A stretch of DNA of 64,000 nucleotides from contig CM082585.2 in the NCBI GenBank assembly GCA_040954595.2, positions 11,015,995-11,079,994 on the forward strand, read 5' to 3'. Shown here piece after piece: positions 52,960 to 64,000 of the stretch. The stretch's first letter is position 1. Each line of letters opens with the position of its first letter. The position numbers were made by a program, and so were the translations under genes. Source of the DNA: Balanoglossus misakiensis (lineage: Eukaryota; Animalia; Hemichordata). The notes beneath the pieces are model-generated. The model saw only the letters and a program-made list of their open reading frames with translations. It did not search any database and was not told where the DNA came from.

Positions 52960-53222
52960 TCCAGTTTTCACGTAATTCCAAAGAAGAGAACATGGTGTTC
53001 ACCATTGCGAGCTTAGAAAAATCACTACTTTAATTTTCCGATGGAGTAAACACAGATATTGGCAGCCATTTTGGATTTCAATTTTGAGACAATCTTGCTT
53101 TCCCATTCAAAATTGTGCATGGTGATCTGTAGTTTCAATTATAAGGGAGAATCCAAGGTTACCTTGAGCAAAGTTCGAGAAAATGTTTCATACTTTGATT
53201 TTCGAGGCGCATTCTACCTTAA
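52960..53222 (-). mobile_element. Probable truncated interspersed repeat ending in a TTAA-flanked terminus
   Basis: Ends ...cgaggcgcattctaccTTAA at 53202-53222 and contains ggcagccattttggatttcaa; related gccattttg words recur at about 42599 and 47517. The matching opposite terminus was not found, so the TTAA-transposon assignment is inference. Confidence 0.4.
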
Positions 53223-56200
53223 CATCCCCTCAATAAAATCGAACAAGTCGAAATTTCAACCTGGCGTCTTTATCTTCAAGTGGTACTAAGCCTATCACAA
53301 AAGTCACTCGGGGCAGGTTTTACCCAGTCAATGAATCAGCTTACAATACACCCAGTATTGCTTCGCGAATGAGATCTTCAGATTTTTAAGTTACTGGCCA
53401 AATTTGTACCACGAAATTTTCTGTACAGTAGAGTGAGTCCATTGTGTGCAGGGTATTCAAGAATGCATGCGGTAAATGTTTAATATCACTGGAACGTGAT
53501 AGAGCATGTCGATAAAATGATCATGCAGCTATTCATTATGGAAGTCGATATTGCTATCTCTGTTGCTTTACTTCCAATCGGCGTTCTTTAATCCCAGCGG
53601 GCAAAGATCACTATCTGTGGAGGTGTGATAACAATTATAAAATGGCGTCCTGACTGAACAACTACTACGATTTCATTTTCCTGAAACCCGCAAAGTAAAC
53701 TTGTCTTTTTTTATATTCCAGCAATGGTGGGAATGTTTTTTGATGGATTTGCTTGACTGTCTAAGGAATATGTTTACGGAATCTTCTAGCCGTGGTCCAG
53801 TTTGACGGTGAACGTAGTGGGAAGGTGAGAGGACAGAATTTCTTTTCTTACCAGTCAAGAGATGTAGGTGAAGGTAAGTGGAAAATGGCCACATGTGCTT
53901 AAAATCAGCTTTTATAGTGGTTCAATGAAATATATTTGCACCTTAAACTTGTTTGGACAAATAACGTGCAGAATCTTGCGCCGCGCGTAAATATCACGCT
54001 GAAAGGCGAGAAACGTAACCATCTAGAAAAAGTAGAGAAATCTTATGTGTACAAAAACTTAAAATTCAACATCCGGGTACCTTATAATCAACAACGAGGA
54101 TGTCGACCGAACGATTCAAGATCACAGAGCAGCTTCGTAGGTCATGTGACGAATATTGGGTTGTAAACATCAAGAATTAGACGACTGGGGAAAATGTCTT
54201 CATTCAGTAGGGAAACCATCGTTTGCAATCCCAGGTGGCGACCCTGGGGATTTCTATACATTGCGTCTGTATGGATCGCGTTATGTTTGGTTCCCCTGAA
54301 GGTCTTTATGAATCCCAGATAAATTAAAATGATGAGTGCGGCTTTTGCTAAGATGCAATCAGTAATGGCGTTCCAGGCACCTGCTCATTGGCTGTCGACA
54401 TAGATTGTGACATATGTTGAATTGATTCTGTTTACTCCAGCTCAGTGGTGTCAAGGTTACGCTCAAACAGGTACACTCACAACGCCTGTGTTAAAAGATT
54501 GCGTGAATCATAAAATGGTTCTCCATCTATCACACACAAACCGATTAAATTCGTTTTTTGTCTGTGGTTGATCCACAATTTTAAAACTATAAAGTGGGGT
54601 TCATTTCTCTATATAAAGTTTTATATAAATGCATAAATGACGCAATTTCTGGATACATGTTTATAATGTATGCCACGGGCAAAATCATTGTATTAATCAA
54701 CTCTAGCTATAGGGGCCACTGATAGGTTTACTTTTAATCTATGATTTACAGTCTCAATGAGGTCTTGCTTTTTGTATACTGACTTAAATACTTTAAGTGC
54801 AGTGCCGTTGGCAACCATACTGTTCATTAATTTTCTAATATTCTCCATAATATCTCTTATATTTTCTGGTGAATACTGTCACAACTTCAAAGTTCCAATC
54901 CGATAGAGAGTTGTTTTGACACGTGTTTGGAGCACCAGTGAAAAGGGTGCATGAGTGATTGTAACGTGGTTAACGTCCAAAGAACATGGATAAAAGTTTA
55001 TCAATAGCTAGAGTTTGGCTGAAATACGCCTCCACGGACACAAAGTCAAGGTCACCGACATACTTGTTTGAGTTGCAGGTTTATCTTACTTTGAAAGTAG
55101 CTTCTGGATAAACCCCGTTCTGTCAACGGAAAAGAGAATACGTTTTCTACAGCTGAAAGACTGCACCATCTATCAAAATATTTTCACATAAAATATACAT
55201 AGTCCCAACGCAGTTTACAGATAGCTATGAATTCTCAAGTGGGTTTGTTTTATAGTGTTGCCTCTACTAACGATTGACAAAACCTTGATACATATAATTA
55301 TGATAATGACTATCTCAGCGGGATTGCCTTTGTCAAGTTCACACCAGCATATAATATATCATGCCTAAACATTGTCAAACTATCGGTATTAACACAGAAC
55401 CCTTATAACTCATACCACCCACAAATATAGTAGTGACCGAATAACCTTGATTTTGAGAAACTCGTTCATATAATACTCCCACATTCTCTTTGAACTAATG
55501 TAATGCAAATTAATGTTGCACATCGTTGATTACAAGAGGCTTAATTGATAATGGCCTCGACGTTTATGCATTGTGGAACTTAATAAAAAAAATAGCAGAC
55601 GACAAGGGAATTCAAAGAGATGACTACGTACAATGATTTACAACTGATATCAATTATTTGTGTGTGTTTGCTAGAACCTTTCCTTCATCATGTGTATACT
55701 TCAATCATAAACTCATCATAGTCAGCCGATATGTCGTCTGCTACTGTTTCAAACAAAGAAATTCATCGTCACAGCTGCCATATTTGTTGTGTACATAAAT
55801 ACTGTAAAAAGTGAAGGTGATGAGATAATTAAGGTAATACTGTCTTGAATTTTGCTTCAGGTCTCCCTTTTCATCAGAATGCTGACAATATCTACTTGAA
55901 ATACGCCAGACAAGAATATATTCTATATGGAATTTATTTTCTCTTGGTATACCTACATTCTAAGTGGCAAGTTTTAGGGCAAAAAGTTCTTCAGAAGACA
56001 GACCATTATCGCTATCTAAATATACTTACCCACAAAATTATGTAACGACTCACTATGTCGTCAAATAAAACGTAACAGACTATCACTAGACAGTAAAGAA
56101 TTATACCATTTTAATTGAGCAAGTTCTTCGTAAATTTCAAAGCTGGTCACGTGAGAGGCCGTCTTCTGAAAGTGTAAACAATTAACTAGTTTAAAGGTAC

Positions 56201-56822
56201 ATAGTCTCTTTTAATTATTTTCTGTCATCAGCATGCCATCTGCTATATATTTACATAAGTGTACTGAATTTTCGATTCTGACTTCTAATACCCGTGAAAT
56301 AGAACTTATGAATATTAATACGATAACATAATTTATGCATAGAATTTCTGATTTATGATGTAAATCGAAAATGATGTCATTGATGTACTGTCAGATTACG
56401 CAAGTTTACTAACATAGTTTGAATCACCCAAAGATCAGAATAAGTGAATTTTAATATAATAATGAGCACCCCATGTAGCTAAATGAAATTAAACCAAATA
56501 GTAACTTTGCCCATTCTGAGAAAAGTTATCATACAGTTTCACTTGCGTAACCATTCCTTAATAATAAAATTTGTACATAAAAGTTAAATTGTAAATGATT
56601 TCAAAATCTTACTTGCTACATGTACATGTGAATATAGGTGAGATTATCTCGTCTGTCTTAAACATTTAATCTTTTAGCCTCTTTCGAGGGATTTTTTTGG
56701 CTCAAAGCGAACGTGCAAATATATTAACAGTCTAATGTTCATCAGTGTGGTGCCATCTTCATGTGGGCATTCATCTTCGTAGGAGTGTTTTCCCCAAGGG
56801 TAACGATGACAGCCATTCTTCA

Positions 56823-59186
56823 CTATTTAGCGTTAATATATTTCACGAATTCTGTAAAAGAAAACATGTGGGTTTTAGAACCATGCAAAACATTCGTTGC
56901 CTCTTTATGCTGTCATTTTCCTGCACACACGTTTCACGTGTGTACTATACCTTGAGAAAAGTTGTCTGTTTCTGCAGGTCAAGCAGTCAAATATTTTCTC
57001 GTTGTTGTTTTGCAGTTCATGACATGCCCCTGCATTACTTGTTCACTTCTCGTCTTGCTTGTATGTAATTATATCCTTAAAGTTGAAAATAATCAAACAT
57101 TAGGCGCATTGTGAAATACGTGATGGAGGCCGATGAGATAACTATAAGGTTTCTTAGAATATTTTTTTCTGTGCGACACAAGAGCTTCTCAAGGGGACAC
57201 AAGGACATCAAAAGCCCTTTGTCACATCAGTATGCCATACACCTTCTCGACAGATTCCATATGTGTTACAATTTTGTCAGTATTTGTTGAAAAGCACAAC
57301 CCAGGCTAACAAGACGAAATTCAAACCGAAGTCCTTGCCTTCGGGGATCGCCTTTCCCCCCAACAATAACGCCTTAATAAACAGCTGTCAGCCTTCTCTT
57401 ATGTATACTGACATGCCTCGAGGTGGCAGGGACTATAAATTATGCAGCAGTTCTTTGTGTAGTCATTTATTAAGGGGGAATCAACTTCTTGTACGATATA
57501 GAACACGAAAGTAGAAACGTAGACACCGTGGCATTTTAGTCACTGACAACAGAGCTGGTCGTGACAGGAATCAGTATGATGAATGTAGAAGTTATTCTTA
57601 GGAACTCAAGGGATGGCCTGTCCTGAATGGTGTACCATTTTTCTGACAACGAGTTCACTTATTACTACGAAAAACTTTACTACACCTCGGAGATAGCGCT
57701 ATAACTGACGGATTACGTGAAAACGCAATCCACACATTCTGTTTGCCATCTTTAACACATCATTTTGCCGTTTGAAATCGCTTCTGTGTTCTCTTTTGCT
57801 CCCAGCCTACAAATTCTAAATCCAGCTGGCATTACTTGTGAATAAACGTAGAATATTTTGAGACTTGCGGCGGAGCTCGGTGATGATTAATCATCTCAGA
57901 AAAAAACGGAACAGGTATTATAGAGGGCGCTCCCAATGGACTTACACCACCGTGTTATCTATAAATAATTCCATGGAAGCCACACGTGTTTCTCGATCAA
58001 TTTATTACATGACCCTGTAATATTGTCACTCCAAAGCGATCTGAATTTTTGACGTTTTTGACCAAGTCTCGTGAGATCTCGCAATGAGCGGAAAATCATC
58101 TATTGATCGTCTGCCCTTTGACCTCTTCTTCCCGACGGTCATCTCCACCTTGACCGATAACATTACAAAGAAGATAACCCCAAAGCCACAATTGAGCAGA
58201 TGGCTCCCACTGCAGAGTACACCTAATCCACAAGGAATTAAGCGCATTACCTTCGTAGTCGATTCTACCATCATTGTTGAGATCCGCCTCTTTCATCATT
58301 TCGTTAATTTCATCCTCGGACATTTTCTCCCCCAACTCCGTCAGCACCTTTCGGAGTTCCGCCAACTGGATGAAACCATCACCGTTGCGGTCAAATACTT
58401 TGAACGCGTCTCGGAGCTCTTCATCCGGGTCCGACACTGTGTAGTCCGACATTAGCTGCAGAAACTCGTTGTAGTCAATCACCCCGTTTTCTGCATAAAA
58501 AGTATAGGTTTGTGTCAGAATTGAACAGTGGATGGCGGTTCAGATTAACAGTGACAGATCGATAATGCCACAGGTGAACTCATGACTCAGTTGACACCTG
58601 CATGTTGAGATAACTTGGGAATTTATGTCTGAGACGACATGACAGAGAGACAGACATGACTTATTAGATGGCTGCAATGGGCTTGCCTATTCTAAGGCTC
58701 TTTCTTAATTCCCTTCTATAAGAGGCTGTCCCACTACGACCGGCGTGACAGATCTAGTGATCTCGTATCGGTGGGTGTATTCCTGCGAGATTGACAGGGT
58801 TTTTTAGTAATTAAATGCGAATATAATGAATTTGCAACCTGGCATGCAAATAATTGCGTGGAGACGCGTTTTCACGTGAGTGGAGACGCGCCCGGCTGAT
58901 GCCACAAGCATCTCTTGGCGATCACGTGCCTTTTCTCAACTTCCTTTGGGAAGTTCTCCCCGAGCATGGAATTCAGGCCGTCATGTGATTGGTCGACGGT
59001 TATACGGAGCATGCTATTTAGAGAAGAATGGTGCAGGCTTACTGTTGTCATCTACAGAGTCTATCATCATCTTCAAGTCAGCTTCGCTCGGGTTCTGTCC
59101 AAGAAACCTCATAAGACTTCCCAATTCTTCCAAACTGATTGTACCGGAATTGTCTTTATCAAAAGTTCTAAATGACTCCGATATTT
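56823..59186 (-). CDS. Calmodulin-like protein D with four canonical EF-hand loops (short 5' exons not located)
   Basis: Exons 59186-59043 (144 bp, ISESFRTFDKDNSGTISLEELGSLMRFLGQNPSEADL), 58490-58251 (NGVIDYNEFL..DRNGDGFIQLAE..DLNNDGRIDYE) and 56851-56823 (29 bp, EFVKYINAK*). Confidence 0.85.
58061..58101 (+). repeat. 41-bp dispersed repeat, copy 1
   Basis: accaagtctcgtgagatctcgcaatgagcggaaaatcatct differs by one base from 63576-63616. Confidence 0.85.
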
Positions 59187-60250
59187 CTGAAAACCAAACA
59201 GAAATGGGAGGATAAGTTTTATTACATTCATTGTGTTGTGCACCGTTTTAATGTGGTCAATATTTCTGTTGTCCAGTGGTACGCATTGTTGAACTATACC
59301 GTACATGCTGAATGGTGTCATAGTAGTTTGAAGGTTCGAGTTCATTCTCAGGTGTTACTTATCGAATCAATAGGTGGCGCTGTGCAACGCTCGACATCAA
59401 GTAAAGTTATGACGTCACAAAGGCATCCCAGCTGAGCCACCCAGGTCACAGATTTTTCTAAATGTCTTAGAATTTTTGTAATTCAAACATCTCAACAGGG
59501 CGCTCTTTCAGTCTACAATCGTGTTACTACATAGTTTTGTGTAAACACTTCTGAAATACTTGGAAGCTCAAAGAGACTATGGGGGCCAAATGGCCCTGAT
59601 TTCCCAGGCTGTTTTGTATCATAAGTGATAATCACAGGCGTGGCATGTCATTACATTTACATAATCTAACACTAATTTGCATACGGGTAAATCAGAAATA
59701 AATACTTGTAATGCCATTTCCATGACAATACGCCAGGCTTGACGGAACAGATGTGTCAGGAAACAGTTGTTCTGACGATGCAACAATCTTTTTAAAGCGG
59801 TTTATCTAAAGTGCGAACAGTGTAAATCAAGGGGCGGCCACTGTTGCTTATGCATTCTGTGGAAAACTTTCTGACTGAACGATCGAATCCTGACTCCTCT
59901 GTCCGTCAAGTCAAAACAGGAATTAACAGGATACGGTAAGTGCATGTACTGATAGATATTGTTAGTTGATATAGCCGTCATCACCTCCTGGCCATCAGCA
60001 ATCTGCAGTGCAAATCTTATTTGAAATGAAACTAGAATATGACAGGCAAATGAATCTAACATTTGGGGTGAATGTTGCTGTCAAAAGTCACTCGTCGTGG
60101 ATATAAATACTTAGTTTTTTGAGAGACATGTATATTGATTGATTGATCGATCTATCTTCGAAAGATTGATTGACAAACTGAACGAGCAAGTTGTAAATAG
60201 ATAGATTACCTGCCAATCTACCAACCTTCACGCATACCAACTCTACCTAT

Positions 60251-60295
60251 CTTCCTTCCTTCCTTCTTCCTTCCTTCAATCCTTCCTTCATTTCC
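60251..60295. repeat. Imperfect (CTTC)n microsatellite
   Basis: Pyrimidine tetranucleotide run. Confidence 0.7.
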
Positions 60296-61646
60296 ACCTA
60301 GCTTTCCCTTTTGACGAATCAAGATAACATTCTGCCTCTATATGGGAATCGATTGCCAGCATAAAAACACGAAAGACATGGGAGGCAATTGTTTTTAAAG
60401 TTTGAAAAACCTTGCTGTTCAAGTGGCAAGTTTAAATGTAGTTTCAACCAAACATCAGTTTTATCACGATTCATATTTTTTTCATTGTACCAAATTGAAT
60501 AATGTGACGAATTGACACAGGAAATTGAGTATGTCTTCCCAAGCATCGTTCACATTTAACATTAGTAATTGACGCGCAACGAAATAAGTACCGAAACAGC
60601 TGTGCCAAAAATCAAGCTGTTTTTAACCATTTCCCTTCCAGTTGTTACAATCTGGTGACTTTTCTTTTATCACGAGGAGATTACGTGGGATTGATCTCTT
60701 ATCATGACATTTGGGCGGTTTTTTTTTATCCCACCTGTCAATATTAGTCCATTTTTAAACATACGTCACTGTCAGCAGTAAAAATTAAATTGACCTGTAG
60801 GGAAATACATTTATCCACACTTGAACCTCACATTCAGGATATATGCGAAAAGGCATTGACACGCACAAGTATGGGGAAGGGACACGTTGAAAGATTATTG
60901 GCCGCCGAGTTCTTCACATGGTGGTGAACCTTCTGGTCACTTTGACCGTACAGCTGACACACTCAGTTTGTTAAATGGACGCATCAAGTTCATTAATACG
61001 CATTTGTCCAATGCGACTAATGCAAATATAGAAAATCATCCCCCGCAATGCCACATAGCTTTGAGAAGGAACGTCAAACGAATCCATCATTGTCTTCTTT
61101 GTTCCAACACTCCTCTTTATTTGAACAAAATATATGTTAATGTTTCATTAATTGTAATTATGGATTACACGTTTACGTCACAAATTCGTGGCCAATCTGC
61201 GCCCACAGAATAAAAACGTTTATCTTTATTTGGATTATAAGACGAAACCTGAACAAAAAGAGATTTTAACACAAGGTGTTACTGGCAGATGTTTGCTGGA
61301 TTATTATCCAAATTGGCCAATTTCACAAGAAAAGGCAACTAAATAATCCAATCTGTTAAAAGTCATTAAATACCTAAAGAATTGAGGGTGTGATTTCTCT
61401 GGACCAGTACTTGGCTGGGGAGTATGATAATCGCCAAGGTTTCTCCCTGAGTCAATGTATTTCTCGTTATTTCAACTATTTGCCCAGTTTCACTCGCATT
61501 CTAGAGTCGTTCCTCTTAGAAGTAGATCAAATAGTTTTTGTTCTGATGTTTCATTCATTTTGTTTCTTTTATTATTTCCTTTGTCCCATGTTTTATAACT
61601 TTTCAGACAAAAACTCAGAAGGTACCGAGCCAGGCACGTTATCTAC

Positions 61647-63308
61647 ATGAGTACCCAAAATGGAAACGGTTCTTCTGTAATAGAGGACATAAAAACATCT
61701 GTAAGCGTATTGCCACATCGATTTAGCATGTCTGGTAAACGACAGGCTCTGCCCTACATATTGGGTGCTGTAAGCATGATACTGGTGTACACGATATACA
61801 ACAGTGTAATCGTGAACCAACATGTAGAGGCCGTCCGAAATGATGAGGCCATTCCGGCTCCAATGCCAGCGGCAGCCGTTCGTTTTGAAAGTGCAGACGA
61901 CATGACGTCAGACGTGACCCAAGATTTCAGCAAAAGCGATATTATCGATGCCCTAGAGGAAAGGCTGGCAGATGTCAAGTCTAGATTAGATGATGTCGAT
62001 GAGATGTTGGAAGAAAGAAAAAAGGAACTTGATGTTGACGAAGAAATGATGGATTTGGCACTGAAACACAAAACTTCAGTTGACAGACTAATCCAGAAAT
62101 TCAAAGAAGTGCTTTTGACGAACAGAACATTCGGAATTAGTGTGGTCGGCGGCTCAATCTCAGTTGGAGCAGGAGTTGGAGGCACTCCCGGAATCTACGC
62201 AACAACACTGGGACATTACTTGCAAAAGATGTTAGGGTCAGAGGTTACTGTAGAGAATGGTGCCATTGGTGCGACTAATAGTTACTACTATGGTTACTGT
62301 TTCGAAACTCACTGCAACGTGCGCAAGATGGACCTACTTCTATGGGAGTTTGCGCATAATGACTTTGGTTATCCTGACGGTTACCTTGGGCAAGAGAGAC
62401 TAACCAGGATGATTCTTGCAGACCTACCTAACGAGCCACAACTGATTTACACCAACTTTCTCCATGGTCGACAAATTCAACGATATTCCTGTGCCAATAG
62501 CGAGAGAAACGGCAGCGTCCCCCTCAGCAAATATTACGACGTTCCGTCCATAAGTATGCCTGATGCCGTGTGCAAATTAGTGAAAGCGTACGAAGCAGAC
62601 GATCTTCTCAGCGCTCATGATGAAAGTCACCCGGGTCCGAAGTCACATGACATGGTCGGAGTGTTCTTGGCTGAATTTGTCAAGGAGGTTCTCGAGGAAA
62701 CAATAGAAATTCTGGAAAACCAACTGTCGGAAGGTGAAGACGTCAAAAAGTCAATCGAAGATGGGGTGCGGCCAGATTTTGAAAACTGGAACGATGAAGA
62801 CTTACACCAGAAAGAGCTACCTCCCGTGCTGTTCAACACGACCGCCATCACACATCCAAAGTGTTGGTCTCAGATGGGCTCAGAGTACAGGCCGAAAGAA
62901 ATGACCCTTGTTCCACGAGAGAAGTACGGCTGGAAAACATTTGTCCTGAAGAACCGAGAAGACCGCACGGATCTGAAACAAGTATGGCGGACTTTGCAAC
63001 CAGAGGCCTTCATCGAGTTCGAAGTCAACATCAAGCCCTATAGGGATCTCAAAAGCAGTATCGCCATCACTACTATCACGTGCGAGAAAAACAAGTGCGG
63101 CTTTGCTAAAGTGTACTTGGATGACGAGTATTTGACAACAATTGACTGTTTGCACAGATATTTAATCACTGTCGTTCATGAAGTGGCGTTCAACGTATCA
63201 CCGGGAAGACACATCCTAAAAGTTGTTAGTCTAGACGTGCAAGGATTTAACGTAGCCTCTGTCAGCACTGCATACCAAATTCCAAACGAAGAGCTTGGAA
63301 AATCTTAA
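61647..63308 (+). CDS. Type II membrane SGNH/GDSL hydrolase (putative glycan O-acyl esterase or transferase), single coding exon, 553 aa
   Basis: Uninterrupted ORF after acceptor tttcag| at 61606. TM ALPYILGAVSMILVYTIY; coiled-coil stem; SGNH blocks VVGGSIS, NGAIGATNS, WEFAHND, DESHP; beta-rich C-terminal domain. Confidence 0.85.
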   Translation: MSTQNGNGSSVIEDIKTSVSVLPHRFSMSGKRQALPYILGAVSMILVYTIYNSVIVNQHVEAVRNDEAIPAPMPAAAVRFESADDMTSDVTQDFSKSDIIDALEERLADVKSRLDDVDEMLEERKKELDVDEEMMDLALKHKTSVDRLIQKFKEVLLTNRTFGISVVGGSISVGAGVGGTPGIYATTLGHYLQKMLGSEVTVENGAIGATNSYYYGYCFETHCNVRKMDLLLWEFAHNDFGYPDGYLGQERLTRMILADLPNEPQLIYTNFLHGRQIQRYSCANSERNGSVPLSKYYDVPSISMPDAVCKLVKAYEADDLLSAHDESHPGPKSHDMVGVFLAEFVKEVLEETIEILENQLSEGEDVKKSIEDGVRPDFENWNDEDLHQKELPPVLFNTTAITHPKCWSQMGSEYRPKEMTLVPREKYGWKTFVLKNREDRTDLKQVWRTLQPEAFIEFEVNIKPYRDLKSSIAITTITCEKNKCGFAKVYLDDEYLTTIDCLHRYLITVVHEVAFNVSPGRHILKVVSLDVQGFNVASVSTAYQIPNEELGKS

Positions 63309-63388
63309 TAGTAACGAAACCGAGGCGAAGTTCATCAGTAACACATGGGAATCACTTAATAGACTATTTTCCTAACTCCACGAGACGC

Positions 63389-63616
63389 TGGGAGATCTCG
63401 CGTGACTTGGCAGTTTTTTTGGGAGGACATTCTCACATGACACATGGCAAACAGCACATGACCCACCTTGTTGACTGCACAAAAGTTGCAATTTTGTTGA
63501 ACCCTGCTCCTATTTTAGTTTCATGTAAAGCTTGACAAGTATTGCTTGGCTGGCAACCCTTTGCTCTTGTAATAAACCAAGTCTCGCGAGATCTCGCAAT
63601 GAGCGGAAAATCATCT
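63389..63616. repeat. Short inverted-repeat element including copy 2 of the 41-bp repeat
   Basis: 63389-63410 (tgggagatctcgcgtgacttgg) is an imperfect reverse complement of 63577-63598 (ccaagtctcgcgagatctcgca). Confidence 0.65.
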
Positions 63617-63898
63617 CTTGGAAATTGTATATAATGATTAACTTTAGAAAGTACGAAAATACATGACCAGTGGACTGTAATCTCAGGACACATTTACGGG
63701 TAATGGTTTGGCTGGATATCGTGGGTTGCAATGATTTCATAAATTTGTATCGAAAATATTGTCACAATGTAGACAAAACTCATGTATAAATATAGAAAGA
63801 TATTAAAGCAGACACAGTATACCCGACTGAGATTTGCAAATAGAATTATTAAAACTTTTTTTTTTTTTTTGGCTGATTGTTCTAACGTTAACATTTTA

Positions 63899-64000
<102 letters not shown>

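Noticed and set aside
59950-60640. Candidate first and second exons for calmodulin-like D
   Set aside because: Several short ATG/donor combinations exist but none has both the correct phase and convincing similarity.
61754-63155. Minus-strand ORFs overlapping the SGNH gene (likewise those opposite PELP1, SPT6 and EF-hand exons)
   Set aside because: Antisense shadows of real coding sequence.

Overview
AT-rich, intron-rich animal genomic DNA, probably from an invertebrate deuterostome (taxon is inference only). Genes were reconstructed by hand from GT-AG splice sites and reading-frame phase. Left to right: (1) a decayed intronless ORF remnant (~1.3-3.2 kb, -); (2) a complete 14-exon multi-TM GDPD2/4/5-type glycerophosphodiesterase (6100-10791, -), head-to-head with (3) a complete PELP1 (12424-18288, +); (4) four co-oriented calmodulin-like genes on the minus strand (A 18692-20188; B 20988-21468, 3' half only; C 37544-49360; D 56823-59186) whose EF-hand loops degenerate progressively from D to A; (5) between B and C, a ~12 kb patchwork of unrelated intron-containing gene pieces: an orphan terminal exon, a lesioned SAM-SAM-RA gene fused to a lesioned internal SPT6 fragment, a Roc-GTPase exon and a MITE-like element; (6) an intronless type II membrane SGNH hydrolase (61647-63308, +). 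Inside the patchwork sits one intact 4-exon gene (24038-25322, -) encoding a 205-aa protein with a signal peptide, a BMPR2/ActRII-like three-finger ectodomain, an acidic Ser-rich stalk and a terminal hydrophobic GPI-signal-like tail, but no kinase. This candidate GPI-anchored BMP/activin decoy or co-receptor is the most interesting item. No rRNA, tRNA or CRISPR features are supportable.
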